DNA from: Candidatus Gottesmanbacteria bacterium
GTDB taxonomy: Bacteria; Patescibacteriota; Microgenomatia; UBA10105; UBA927
Reading direction: 5' to 3'
Assembly: GCA_023245335.1 (NCBI GenBank)
Contig: JAHFKK010000001.1
Coordinates: 936,019-1,000,018, forward strand
Length of the DNA stretch: 64,000 nucleotides
The translations under genes and the position numbers were made by a program. Below the pieces are notes generated by a model that saw only the letters and a list, made by a program, of their open reading frames with translations, did no database searches and was not told the DNA's origin. Shown piece by piece: positions 18,606-28,591 of this stretch (its first letter is position 1; every line of letters begins with the position of its first letter).

Positions 18606-19925
18606 TTATTGTAATAGGAGTTCGATCCCTTTGGCAAGTTGTGCGTCTTGGGTGGCAGTCGCAGTATCTGATAGTGTGACGACGACGTCGGGAGTAAGTC
18701 CCTTTTGGCTGATCGAGTTGCCGCTCGGAAGTAACCATTTACCGGTCGTCACATGAACTGCGGCCCCGCCCGAAAGATCAAACGGAGTTTGTACTGTGCC
18801 TTTGCCGAATGTGGTTTCTCCTATAAGTTTCGCGCGCTTGTCATCATGGAGAGCGCCGGAGACGATTTCCGCGGCAGATGCACTTCCTTTGTTGACCAGA
18901 ACGACCATGGGTATATCCAGAAGTTTGCCGGTGCGGTCTATGGGATAGTTCTGCACGCTGCCGTCACTGTTTACCTGGGAAACGACCGCTCCGCTGCGCA
19001 AAAACTCGCTTGCGATGTAGACTGCGCCGTCGAGGTACCCGCCGGGATTATTGCGTAAATCAAAAACCAGACCGGTTATCTTCCCGCCGGATTGCTGTTT
19101 GGACAATATATCGGCTACGGCTTTGTTCCAGTCGGTATTGGTCGTGTCGCCAAACCGGCTAAGGGATATGTAGGCAATCCGCTGGGATTTATCCAGAAGT
19201 TGAGCGGCGTCTGATGCGCCCGATATCTCGGTAATTTCAGCCGGAGTTTTCACCCACCAGACGACGGAGGGAACCGTGATGGTCGACCGCACGATATCGA
19301 TCTCTACCGGCTTGCTCGTTGCCTGCACGTGGAGGATAAGAAGCTTCACTTTAGAGCCCTTCGGACCGCGGATTTTATTTACCGTCTGGTCGACCGTCCA
19401 CCCCGTCGTATCGACATCATCGACTTTGAGTATGAAATCATTGGGTTTGAGCCCTGCGGCTTCCGCGGGCGTACCATGGAGAGGAGAAACGATGATCACC
19501 CGGCCGTCTTTCGTGCCGAGCTGTGCACCGATCCCTTCAAACGCTCCGCCCAGATCCTGTTTGAACTGCGTATTCTCCTGCGGCGGGAAAAATGAAGTGA
19601 ACGGATCGCCGACTGCGGCGACCATCCCGGAAATCGCGCCGTACACGAGCTTCTGCTGGTCGATCATCTTGGGATCGACGTAATTTTGCGTCAGCTTAGT
19701 CCAGACGTCCCAAAACAAACTAAAGTCAACGGTATTGCCGGCCGGCTGCTTCATGTTTACCACGACCCGACGGTCCGCGACACCGCCGCCCACAGACACC
19801 TGATGGGTACCCAACTGATAGCCGATACCTCCGGCAATGAGGAGAACCGCAATAGAAAGAATGAGGTTTCTGATGTTGGAGACCGGGAGGGGTTTCATCA
19901 ATATATAATATCCAATACCTGACAT
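18606..19925 (-). CDS. S41-family C-terminal processing peptidase (Ctp)
   Basis: PDZ domain plus S41 catalytic blocks LVFDLRNNPGGYL and VVLVNKGSASAAEIVSGAL (Ser/Lys dyad). Confidence 0.85.
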   Translation of the reverse strand: MSGIGYYILMKPLPVSNIRNLILSIAVLLIAGGIGYQLGTHQVSVGGGVADRRVVVNMKQPAGNTVDFSLFWDVWTKLTQNYVDPKMIDQQKLVYGAISGMVAAVGDPFTSFFPPQENTQFKQDLGGAFEGIGAQLGTKDGRVIIVSPLHGTPAEAAGLKPNDFILKVDDVDTTGWTVDQTVNKIRGPKGSKVKLLILHVQATSKPVEIDIVRSTITVPSVVWWVKTPAEITEISGASDAAQLLDKSQRIAYISLSRFGDTTNTDWNKAVADILSKQQSGGKITGLVFDLRNNPGGYLDGAVYIASEFLRSGAVVSQVNSDGSVQNYPIDRTGKLLDIPMVVLVNKGSASAAEIVSGALHDDKRAKLIGETTFGKGTVQTPFDLSGGAAVHVTTGKWLLPSGNSISQKGLTPDVVVTLSDTATATQDAQLAKGIELLLQ

Positions 19926-19980
19926 CGGATCAATAACCTATCTCTGGGTATCGCTCATTGTGAATTGGGAATAGAGGGCA

Positions 19981-20223
19981 TTAGGCCCGTACGACAAACG
20001 GAATAAGTGCGACGATGCGTGCGCGTTTGACAGCGTTTTCGAGTCTACGCTGATGCTTGGCGCAGACGCCGCTTCGTGCGCGACCCAAAAACTTCCCGCG
20101 TTCGGTGATGTACTTCCCCATCATGGGGGTGTCTTTGTAGTCCGGATTCGTTTTCGCTGCGCAAAAAGGACAGTTCGTCGGAACCGGTCTCAATTTCTTT
20201 ACAAATTTTCTCGATTTCATCAT
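19981..20223 (-). CDS. rpsR: 30S ribosomal protein S18
   Basis: CPFCAAKTNPDYKDTPMMGKYITERGKFLGRARSGVCAKHQRRLENAVKRAR is canonical S18. Confidence 0.85.
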   Translation of the reverse strand: MMKSRKFVKKLRPVPTNCPFCAAKTNPDYKDTPMMGKYITERGKFLGRARSGVCAKHQRRLENAVKRARIVALIPFVVRA

Positions 20224-20232
20224 ATATGTGTA

Positions 20233-20739
20233 TTAAAACGGAATGTCATCCGGATTTACATCCTCAGCTCCCGTCGGTTTCCCGTCTGCTTTCGGCTCTT
20301 CTTTCACGGCCTTTTTCTTCGGTGCCGCTTCTTCTACCGGCTTCTCGACTTTCGGCTCATCGACTGGTGCCGTCTGCCCTTCGTCTCCTGCCGTAATCGG
20401 GCGCCTCGAGTCCAGTACGATCATGTCTTCTATGACGATCTCTGTACTGGTCCTTTGCGAGCCGTCTTGGGCCTGCCAAGCGCTCGTCCGGAGCCTGCCC
20501 TCGACATACACTTTGCGTCCTTTGGCGAGCAACTGGCTGCAGAGTTCTGCGAGTTTGTTCCAGGCAACCGCCCGGTGAAACTCTGTCTCTTCCTTCTTCT
20601 CTCCGCTGTCGGTGACCCACGTCCTATTCGTCGCTATGCCGATCGTACAAACTGCGGCTCCGGTCGGTGTATACCGTAATTCCGGATCCCGGGTCAGGTT
20701 TCCGATGAGCGTGACCTTGTTAAGACTTCTGCTCGACAT
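20233..20739 (-). CDS. ssb: Single-stranded DNA-binding protein
   Basis: OB-fold N-terminus (VTLIGNLTRDPELRYTPTGAAV), Gly/Pro/acidic linker and C-terminal DDIPF tail. Confidence 0.9.
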   Translation of the reverse strand: MSSRSLNKVTLIGNLTRDPELRYTPTGAAVCTIGIATNRTWVTDSGEKKEETEFHRAVAWNKLAELCSQLLAKGRKVYVEGRLRTSAWQAQDGSQRTSTEIVIEDMIVLDSRRPITAGDEGQTAPVDEPKVEKPVEEAAPKKKAVKEEPKADGKPTGAEDVNPDDIPF

Positions 20740-20759
20740 ATACCCTCCTTCCCAACCTA

Positions 20760-21098
20760 TTACTCCTTGCCCGCCATAGCATTCTTGTCCGTCGTAGTTT
20801 TAACGGAGGCGGACGCGTCGGCGGGTTTGACCGTCAAAAGGAATCGTAATATTTCTTCCATGAGTTTCGTCTTTTTCTCTATATCGCCTGTTTTGAGTGT
20901 TCCCTCGACAGTAGCAACAAGATATGTCGCTTCCGTTTGCTTTTTGATGTCGTAGGCAAGATGTTTTTTGCCAAGAGAGGTAACTTCTTTGACTGTGGCG
21001 CCATCACCCACGAGTTTTTTCACAAGATCAGTCTGTGCTTTCTCCGCCGTCATGTCGACTGCGGGAGAAACCAAAACCATAAGTTCATACGTTGTCAT
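20760..21098 (-). CDS. rpsF: 30S ribosomal protein S6
   Basis: MTTYELMVLVSP... S6 fold; conserved rpsF-ssb-rpsR order. Confidence 0.85.
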   Translation of the reverse strand: MTTYELMVLVSPAVDMTAEKAQTDLVKKLVGDGATVKEVTSLGKKHLAYDIKKQTEATYLVATVEGTLKTGDIEKKTKLMEEILRFLLTVKPADASASVKTTTDKNAMAGKE

Positions 21099-21141
21099 AG
21101 GAGGAATCTTACCATAGGGAGGCTAAAAATCCAAGGAGGAA

Positions 21142-22209
21142 TCAGCTTCCAATCTTAAATTCGACCACATCGCCGTCCCGCATTTCGTATTCTTTGCCTT
21201 CACTTCGCACTTTGCCCTGCTCGCGGGCCTTTACCCAACCCCCTGCTCCCACAAAGTCGGTTAAGGACACGACATCCGCCTTGATAAATTTCTTCTCAAA
21301 GTCCGTGTGGATGACGCCTGCGGCCTGCGGCCCTTTCGTACCCTTCACGATCGTCCACGCACGCGATTCGATGATCCCGCACGTGAGAAACGATATGAGG
21401 CCAAGCATCTCGTAGGCTTTCGCGATCAAACGGTCGAGTCCGGACGCGTCGAGTCCGAGTTCTTTAAGGTACGCAACCTGCTCATCGACCGCCATGCTGG
21501 CAAGTTCCGATTCGGTCTTCGCGCAAATCATGATCGAAGGTTGTACGTCGCCTTTAACCGAATTCAGTTGATTTTCCGACACGTTATAGACGTAAAGAAC
21601 GGGCTTCATGGAAAGTAACTGCAAATCCCGGACGAGAATGCGCTCTTCCGAATCCGTAATCACCTCGCGCGCGGGTTTACCGGTATTGAGTCCCGCGATG
21701 AGCTTCTGGATGAGGACCCAGCGTTCCTGGATCTTCTTGTCATTCACGCCTCGGGGTTCGGCCTGCTTGGTAAGCGTCTGGAGGTCAGCGAGTACTAGCT
21801 CCGTCTCCACGATCTCCCGATCGCGCCCGGCATCCACATCCCCTGCCACATGCACGACGGAAGGATCTTCAAAGAATCGAAGCACGTTGACGATAAGGTC
21901 CGTTTCCCGGATATGCGACAGGAATTTATTTCCCAGTCCTTCCCCCACCGATGCACCCTTCACCAATCCTGCAATATCAACAAATTCTACGACCGCGGGA
22001 ACCAGGGGCGGCAGTTTCCCTTCCGTCGCTTCGACTACTTTCGCTAAAGCCGCTAAACGATCATCCGGCACGGGCACGACGCCGATATTCGGTTCGATCG
22101 TCGTAAACGGATAATTCGCCGCCTCCGCAACCTGCTTTTTCAAAAGCGCGTTAAATAGCGTGCTTTTCCCCGCGTTTGGAAGTCCGACTATCCCTATCTG
22201 TAGTCCCAT
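21142..22209 (-). CDS. ychF: Ribosome-binding ATPase YchF
   Basis: G1 GLPNAGKST, Obg-like GTPase fold, C-terminal TGS domain. Confidence 0.9.
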   Translation of the reverse strand: MGLQIGIVGLPNAGKSTLFNALLKKQVAEAANYPFTTIEPNIGVVPVPDDRLAALAKVVEATEGKLPPLVPAVVEFVDIAGLVKGASVGEGLGNKFLSHIRETDLIVNVLRFFEDPSVVHVAGDVDAGRDREIVETELVLADLQTLTKQAEPRGVNDKKIQERWVLIQKLIAGLNTGKPAREVITDSEERILVRDLQLLSMKPVLYVYNVSENQLNSVKGDVQPSIMICAKTESELASMAVDEQVAYLKELGLDASGLDRLIAKAYEMLGLISFLTCGIIESRAWTIVKGTKGPQAAGVIHTDFEKKFIKADVVSLTDFVGAGGWVKAREQGKVRSEGKEYEMRDGDVVEFKIGS

Positions 22210-22225
22210 ATGCCATGTACTCCTT

Positions 22226-22885
22226 TCATAATATTTCTAATTCAGAAATTGCATTTGCTGCAGAAACCAACTTCGCTTGCAGTGACTTATCTTGTTCTAG
22301 CATAACCAGATACAAGTCGATTGCTTGAATAAGATCATAGTATAAGCTATTAATTGATATCGCTAGGTATTCACTTTTATCATCTGGTCCAGAAATCTTT
22401 CCTACATGCCTGATTCCAGAAACTTCAATCTGCCCAATTCTAACTGTAGCATTCTCTCGTAGTCCCTTATAAGCAAGCCAAAATAGAGCCCGGCCATCTT
22501 GCTGAAGAAATGACTTCGGCTGGTACAAATGAACTAAACCATGTCTATACATTTTGTAAAGAACCTCGCCATTTAACTTGTAATAAGGATCAATTTTTTC
22601 ACCCATTACCTCCTTGATAAATTTAATTGACTGATCTGAAGTGGATATTTCTCTTATTTTTCCTTTGCTGTTCTTAAATTTTTTATCCAACTTCTCGTCA
22701 TACCCGCTATACAAAGTTCCTAAAAAATCGATAAAACACAGAATTTGACGGCTGGCACCAAAGTAACCACCTTGGTCTTGTCCAATATGGAGAATCGGTG
22801 CAATTTCGAGAAGTATTTGCTCCTTCAGTTCTTCTCCTAGAAAACTCTTCATTCTTGCCAAGCTCATGTTTTTATCTATTGCCAT
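22226..22885 (-). CDS. Hypothetical protein in an AT-rich island, with Rx4H (HEPN-like) motif
   Basis: GC roughly 35-40% against roughly 55% elsewhere; 219 aa; motif YRHGLVH; no other recognisable domain. Confidence 0.5.
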   Translation of the reverse strand: MAIDKNMSLARMKSFLGEELKEQILLEIAPILHIGQDQGGYFGASRQILCFIDFLGTLYSGYDEKLDKKFKNSKGKIREISTSDQSIKFIKEVMGEKIDPYYKLNGEVLYKMYRHGLVHLYQPKSFLQQDGRALFWLAYKGLRENATVRIGQIEVSGIRHVGKISGPDDKSEYLAISINSLYYDLIQAIDLYLVMLEQDKSLQAKLVSAANAISELEIL

Positions 22886-23206
22886 ATTTTTGCTTTTCTT
22901 AAATTCGGTAAAACAAAATTAAACCTAAATCGTATCGATGGGATAGTGCAATGTAGTTCTCGACTTTCAGATTCATGATGGAATTGTATCAGAGTGGTGA
23001 ATATTTTGTGAATTCAGGTGACAAGGAATTTGAACGTATATGGCTAAGGACGCTGTTACTATAAATTATTTGGCGCAAGTATTTCCGAACAAAGCTATAT
23101 TCCACGACACAGGTCAGCACCAACATACGTTTCTCTGACCATCAAGGTCCACTTCGTATGTTTTCTAACTGTGTATTGAATTCCCTCTTGTACTACAATG
23201 AAGTAA

Positions 23207-24082
23207 GTGGACAAGTTGGACAAGGTCATAGAGGATATCACTTCCCTGAAAATCCAGGGAGCGACGAACGTCGCACTCGCGGTCCTCGACTATATAGAAG
23301 AAGCGATCACCACAAACCCCAATCACTCCCCGCCTGACATAGAGTACCTGGGGACCAGACTCGCCTACGCAAGACCCACCGAGCCGCTCGCACAAAATGC
23401 GATCCGGTATATTTTTTCCGATACGTCCGCATCCCTCGTTTCCAGAATCACGCACTACCGGACATTCATCCAGGAAGGCAAACGGTCCATCCCGGCAAAC
23501 GGCAAACCGCTTCTCGTAGACGGCGGATCGTATCTCACGCTCTGCCACTCGTCGACCACCGTATCGCTTTTCCGCGAGGCACGGGCGGGCGGCGCGATGT
23601 TTAGCATGTACGTCGCGGAAACGCGGCCTCTTTATCAGGGCAGGATCACCGCCAATGAACTCATCCGCTTGGGGTTTGATGACATCACCATGATCATCGA
23701 TGACGTCGCGGTCTCCTTACTTGAAGGCCGCAAAGGCAAAATCGATGCGGTATTTATCGGCGCGGATCTCCTAGCCGATACCGGGTTTGTGAATAAAGTC
23801 GGAAGTCTCGCCGTGACGGCAGCTGCGCATCGCAACCACATCCCCGTGTATTCGTTATCGACATTACTGAAATTTGACCCGCGGCCATACACCCCGGCAG
23901 TCATCGAAAAGCGGGACTCCCATGAGATATGGGACGACGCGCCTAAAGAACTGCAATTTTACGCGCCTGCGTTTGACTACGTGCCGTATTTTCCGAACGT
24001 CCACATCGTCTGTGAGGCTGGCATCATTCCGGGCAAGAAAGTAAAGTCAGCCGCAGTAAAACAATATCCGTTCCTGGCATAA
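23207..24082 (+). CDS. eIF-2B alpha/beta/delta-like ribose-1,5-bisphosphate isomerase (e2b2 family)
   Basis: N-terminal IQGATNVALAVL and central Rossmann-like blocks of the eIF2B/MtnA family; immediately upstream of RuBisCO. Confidence 0.75.
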   Translation: MDKLDKVIEDITSLKIQGATNVALAVLDYIEEAITTNPNHSPPDIEYLGTRLAYARPTEPLAQNAIRYIFSDTSASLVSRITHYRTFIQEGKRSIPANGKPLLVDGGSYLTLCHSSTTVSLFREARAGGAMFSMYVAETRPLYQGRITANELIRLGFDDITMIIDDVAVSLLEGRKGKIDAVFIGADLLADTGFVNKVGSLAVTAAAHRNHIPVYSLSTLLKFDPRPYTPAVIEKRDSHEIWDDAPKELQFYAPAFDYVPYFPNVHIVCEAGIIPGKKVKSAAVKQYPFLA

Positions 24083-24089
24083 TAAACCT

Positions 24090-25328
24090 ATGGCTAATCC
24101 CTATCAGCACTACTTATCGCTCCATGAATCGGTCGATCCCACGAAGCACATCATCGCGACATTTGCGCTCTCGGTAACCGGTGAGCCGTTTGACCAGACC
24201 GCAGGGGGTGTCGCTGCGGAATCATCGGTCGGTACGTGGACGGATGTCGGGCTTGAGGACAAAAAAATCTGGGATATGCTGCACGCGAAAGTGACCGACG
24301 CGGATGAAAAGACGGGCACGATCACGATCGCCTATCCCCTTGACCTTTTTGAACCCGGCAGTATCCCGCAGCTTCTCTCATCTATTGCAGGCAACGTCTT
24401 CGGGCTCAAGGAAATATCACGTCTGCGGCTTCTCGACCTCGCGTTTCCGGAAGTCTACGTCAAAAGCTTCCCCGGCCCGGCGCTCGGCGTAGACGGCATC
24501 CGCAACCTCACGGGTGTCCGTGACCAACCGATCCTGGGGTCCATCATCAAACCCAAACTGGGACTCTCAAGCGCCGACCACGCCAAAGCCGCGATGGAAG
24601 TTTTTGATGAAGGCATACACCTCGTCAAGGACGACGAAAACCTGACCAGCATGTCGTTCAACAACTTTTACACCCGCGTGGATGAAGTGACGGACCGCAT
24701 GAATGAGAAGCATTATCTGGAAATCGGCAAGGCAAAAGTATACGCGTTTAATATCACGGCAAGTTACGAAGAAATGATGAAACGGGCAAACTACGTCCGG
24801 GACAAAGGCGCTAATTGTCTCATGATGGATGTCCTGACCGCAGGATTCAGCGGGGTCGCCGGCATACGAAATAGGAACTACGGCCTCATGATCCACGGAC
24901 ACCGCGCCATGCACGCGGCATTTACCCGGTCCCAAGAATACGGCGTCACCATGATGGTCATCGCCAAACTCGCGAGGCTCACTGGCGTCGACTCGTTTCA
25001 CACCGGCACCGTCGTCGGCAAAATGCAGGGCGGCAAGGATGAAGTGGTCAAGATCAACAATTTCCTCCGCTCGGATTGGTATGGCCTTAAGCCGGTACTG
25101 CCGACCGCTTCCGGCGGACTCCACCCCGGACACATTCCGGACCTTATGCACATCCTCGGCAACGATATGCTCCTCAACTTCGGCGGAGGCATCCACGGGC
25201 ATCCCGACGGCACACCCGCAGGCGCAAGGGCCGTGGTCCAGGCGACCTATGCAACACTATTAGGCGTTCCCCTCGCCCAAGCGAAAGAAAGCAAAGAACT
25301 CCAACGCGCACTCGAAAAGTGGCAATAA
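24090..25328 (+). CDS. Ribulose-1,5-bisphosphate carboxylase/oxygenase large subunit, form II/III (CPR/archaeal type)
   Basis: Active-site blocks GSIIKPKLGLS (carbamylated Lys), GIHLVKDDENL and GGGIHGHPDG; about 410 aa as for form III-like enzymes. Confidence 0.85.
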   Translation: MANPYQHYLSLHESVDPTKHIIATFALSVTGEPFDQTAGGVAAESSVGTWTDVGLEDKKIWDMLHAKVTDADEKTGTITIAYPLDLFEPGSIPQLLSSIAGNVFGLKEISRLRLLDLAFPEVYVKSFPGPALGVDGIRNLTGVRDQPILGSIIKPKLGLSSADHAKAAMEVFDEGIHLVKDDENLTSMSFNNFYTRVDEVTDRMNEKHYLEIGKAKVYAFNITASYEEMMKRANYVRDKGANCLMMDVLTAGFSGVAGIRNRNYGLMIHGHRAMHAAFTRSQEYGVTMMVIAKLARLTGVDSFHTGTVVGKMQGGKDEVVKINNFLRSDWYGLKPVLPTASGGLHPGHIPDLMHILGNDMLLNFGGGIHGHPDGTPAGARAVVQATYATLLGVPLAQAKESKELQRALEKWQ

Positions 25329-26302
25329 TGTCATCCTTTATGCGGCGCATATTCGCACTCGCTTTACTCGCCCTCCTCTCTATCGCGCTTGCCACAGCCA
25401 TCGCAATAGTAGTGTCGAGGTACATCGCAATAAAAACGCATTTCGTCACCAACATTCCGAAAGACTCGCTCACGTACCCGTCTCCAAATGCCCCGAAATA
25501 CTATTACGAACCCAAGCCAAACTCGACAAGTTCCGAAAAGCCTGATTGGCTGCCCTATACGGCGACATACACATATAATAATGAGGGATTTAATACTGCG
25601 GCCAACGTTTCAGCCGATAAACCGGACCATGTATTCCGCATTATCGCCTTGGGCGATTCTTTCACGTTCGGGCAATATGTAAATACCGCCGATAATTATC
25701 CTTCCCTGCTAGACACTCGGCTCAACAGTACGGCGTGCACGAAACAAACGAAATTTGAGGTACTTAATTTGGGGATGTCCGGATATGATCTCCAGTATGC
25801 GGTCGAACGCTTCGCCCGCCACGGACAACCATACCATCCTGACCTTGTCATCTGGCTCATCAATGACTTTAATCTATTGCAGATACACGAACTCCTGACT
25901 CCCCTGGAACAAACGATCATCCAAAATACGACAGATTCGTCAAGGCAAAAATATTATGCGGAAAACGATTATTATTTCGCCCGCATCCAGGCGACTGCTG
26001 ACCTGCAAAAAAAATACGGGCAGGCAAATATTTTGGACCAGCAAAAACAATTTCTCGCCCGGCTGACTTCCGTATATCCGGGACCGCTTGCGCTATTTAT
26101 GTTTACGGCCCCGATGACCGGCCCGAGAACTATCGTCCGCGACTACATAGCGGCACGAAAAAACAGTTACTTCGCAGAGCTGCCAAACCTGACTGATACG
26201 TCTTTGTTCCCTGACGGGCATCCGAGTAAAATAGGTCAGACAGCAATCGCAGACGGCGTGTACACCTATCTCACGTCCCATAAGCTTGTTCCCTGCCCAT
26301 AA
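25328..26302 (+). CDS. SGNH/GDSL-family hydrolase, membrane-anchored
   Basis: N-terminal TM helix; GDSL block IIALGDSFTFG and LNLGMSGYD block. ATG overlaps the RuBisCO stop (TAATG). Confidence 0.7.
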   Translation: MSSFMRRIFALALLALLSIALATAIAIVVSRYIAIKTHFVTNIPKDSLTYPSPNAPKYYYEPKPNSTSSEKPDWLPYTATYTYNNEGFNTAANVSADKPDHVFRIIALGDSFTFGQYVNTADNYPSLLDTRLNSTACTKQTKFEVLNLGMSGYDLQYAVERFARHGQPYHPDLVIWLINDFNLLQIHELLTPLEQTIIQNTTDSSRQKYYAENDYYFARIQATADLQKKYGQANILDQQKQFLARLTSVYPGPLALFMFTAPMTGPRTIVRDYIAARKNSYFAELPNLTDTSLFPDGHPSKIGQTAIADGVYTYLTSHKLVPCP

Positions 26303-26308
26303 CACACC

Positions 26309-27772
26309 ATGAAAATCCGGCTCCACATCATCGCATTTCTTGCCGGCATACTTCCTTTCGTCTTTCTCACCAAGGCACTTCTCTTCACCAATCCTCCGGT
26401 CTGGCCGGATGAACCGGTATTTACGTCGATCGCAAAGCATGTTGCGGACACCGGCAAAATCGGCACCGTCATATACGGAATCAATGATTTCAAAACCGAC
26501 CAGGGATCATTTCCCTACCCGCCGGTGTATTTTTGGGTGTTGGGAGCGTGGGGGAAATATTTCGGATTCTCTATCGCATCTGTTCGCGCGTTATCGATCG
26601 GTATCGCACTCCTCACCCTCCTTATTCTCTACGGCATACTTATCGAGCTCTTTAAAAAACCATACGTCGCCACCATAGGGCTTATCCTCATTACGACCGA
26701 TATTTGGTTTAACCGAATTTCCCGGCTCGGCCGGATGGAAATATTAGTAAGCTTCTTTACCGCCGCCGCCTTCTATGCGTTTCTTATCATGCGAAGACAA
26801 AAACGGATACGCGCGGGTCACATCCTCCTCACGGGCGTGCTCGCTGCCGCCGCGTTTCTCACGCATCCCATAGGCATACTCGCGACCATGACGATCTCCG
26901 CGCTGACCGTCATGTCCCGCATACGCAAAAGCGACAAAATCAAAATAATTTCCTGTTTGGTTATTTGCCTTACCGCCCTCACCGGCATATGGCTCGTAAG
27001 CTTGGGCACGATATTTCCGTATTTCCTGAAAGAGCTTCGCTACGCGGCGCTTCGCAAGTCAACGCTCCCGCCATACATCCTGCATCTTGTCACCACGTCC
27101 GACGTCTGGAAATATATATGGCTCGGGCACCTCACGCTCTTTGCTATCGCGCTCAACCAGATCTATAGGCGGAAAAAATATTCCGTACTGTTTTTTCTCG
27201 TTCCTGTCATCCTCGCGTACGGTCTTGTCTATTTCGGGACAGAGATGTGGTACATAGGATATCTCCAACCCTGGATGACGTTCTTCTCTATCGCGACCCT
27301 GCTCTCTATAAATAAGCGCACGCTGTTGTATCAGTTCACTGTTCTTCTCATTATTGTCATAACCGTTATCAACGTCATCATGTTCGGGACAAACGCCGGC
27401 GTCTCCGACACCATCCATGCCGCCGGTGGGAATTATGCAAAGTTTTCTCAAGCTGTCGATAAAGAAGTACCCCAACGTGCACGGGTGCTTGTCTCCGTGA
27501 TCCCGGATCCGACGTATCTCCTTTGGGAAAAAAGGAGTACTACCGGCGTATTGGAATTTTTCATGCCTCCTCTGAACACCGCATCGAATTATAAAAAAAT
27601 CCTCGATACTGTCGACGTAGTCGTCGCCAATAAGTTTCTTGAACCGATGCTGCCGTCCTATGTACGGCAAAATACCGCAGGGACTCCGAGGACGATATAC
27701 TCCGGGGGCTATTCCGCAACCGTATATATCCTGGTACCCAAAAACCAGCGCGTCTACACCGCGGGCAAATAG
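26309..27772 (+). CDS. GT-C fold glycosyltransferase (PMT/ArnT-like, GT39/GT83)
   Basis: Polytopic membrane protein of about 12 TM helices; N-terminal loop VWPDEPVFTSIAKH typical of PMT/ArnT-like enzymes. Confidence 0.65.
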   Translation: MKIRLHIIAFLAGILPFVFLTKALLFTNPPVWPDEPVFTSIAKHVADTGKIGTVIYGINDFKTDQGSFPYPPVYFWVLGAWGKYFGFSIASVRALSIGIALLTLLILYGILIELFKKPYVATIGLILITTDIWFNRISRLGRMEILVSFFTAAAFYAFLIMRRQKRIRAGHILLTGVLAAAAFLTHPIGILATMTISALTVMSRIRKSDKIKIISCLVICLTALTGIWLVSLGTIFPYFLKELRYAALRKSTLPPYILHLVTTSDVWKYIWLGHLTLFAIALNQIYRRKKYSVLFFLVPVILAYGLVYFGTEMWYIGYLQPWMTFFSIATLLSINKRTLLYQFTVLLIIVITVINVIMFGTNAGVSDTIHAAGGNYAKFSQAVDKEVPQRARVLVSVIPDPTYLLWEKRSTTGVLEFFMPPLNTASNYKKILDTVDVVVANKFLEPMLPSYVRQNTAGTPRTIYSGGYSATVYILVPKNQRVYTAGK

Positions 27773-27824
27773 GGACAAGGGGCAATCGCCCATTCCCTGT
27801 ATACCTATCGGATATCTAGAAACA

Positions 27825-28583
27825 TCAAGGACTCACTCGTCTTTTGGCATCAATAAGAAATTCGTTTTTATCTTTCGGGTCAAGAAAATCTACAGTAAAA
27901 TTTGCCATCTCGCGCTGGGAATACCGGGACGGATTGCCATCAAATACGGTCCGTTTCTCAGGCCTGATAGCGGTAAGCGGAGATCGGGCGAGTCCGTTCG
28001 GATTGACGAAGAATGAAACGCTGTCGTCGTTATTCCATCCAGTTATAAACCGAAACCCGACCGCTTGTGCTATCTCGCGTAGCCGGCCATAAAAAGAAGT
28101 GGCTATCCGCTTATGCTGGAGATCAGTTCTATCCGTATAATCAGAGACGCGCAGCTGACCGTTCCCGTAATTTGCCAAAATTATTTTCAGAAACACGAAA
28201 TCATGGAAATTTATCCCATCCTCCAATACGCTTGGGTACGCGTTATGAAACGCATCCACTCCCCGCGGAACGGGAGTACTATGATCCATGTTGTACTGTT
28301 CCTGATACGCATAAAATACTCTCCGACTGCTGACCGGTCGTTTGCGGCGCTCCGCTACTACAAACTCCAGCTTTCCCGCCATCCGCGGCAGACGGACCAC
28401 GCGGACTTTTTCAGGATCCTCGGCGAAATCAAATATGCGGGGTGCAGCGAAATACCGTAATGCACGCTTAGGGATAATAAATTTTTGAAATTCAGGAGGG
28501 TTGAGCGCCTTATAAAAAGCCTGCCGATCCTGCGCTAGTATAGCCGGTGTCGTTGTTGATTCGTGTGCCATACTCTTATGCAT
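27825..28583 (-). CDS. Hypothetical cytoplasmic protein
   Basis: 252 aa, no TM helix, no recognisable motif; AAGGGA RBS. Confidence 0.45.
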   Translation of the reverse strand: MHKSMAHESTTTPAILAQDRQAFYKALNPPEFQKFIIPKRALRYFAAPRIFDFAEDPEKVRVVRLPRMAGKLEFVVAERRKRPVSSRRVFYAYQEQYNMDHSTPVPRGVDAFHNAYPSVLEDGINFHDFVFLKIILANYGNGQLRVSDYTDRTDLQHKRIATSFYGRLREIAQAVGFRFITGWNNDDSVSFFVNPNGLARSPLTAIRPEKRTVFDGNPSRYSQREMANFTVDFLDPKDKNEFLIDAKRRVSP

Positions 28584-28591
28584 AAGTCCCT

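Noticed and set aside
20053-20679. 208-aa plus-strand ORF spanning ssb and rpsR
   Set aside because: Overlaps two well-supported minus-strand genes in antisense; Arg/Cys-rich junk translation.
24567-25202. 211-aa ORF on the minus strand inside the RuBisCO gene
   Set aside because: Antisense shadow ORF within a high-GC coding region; no RBS or motif; the RuBisCO frame carries clear catalytic blocks.
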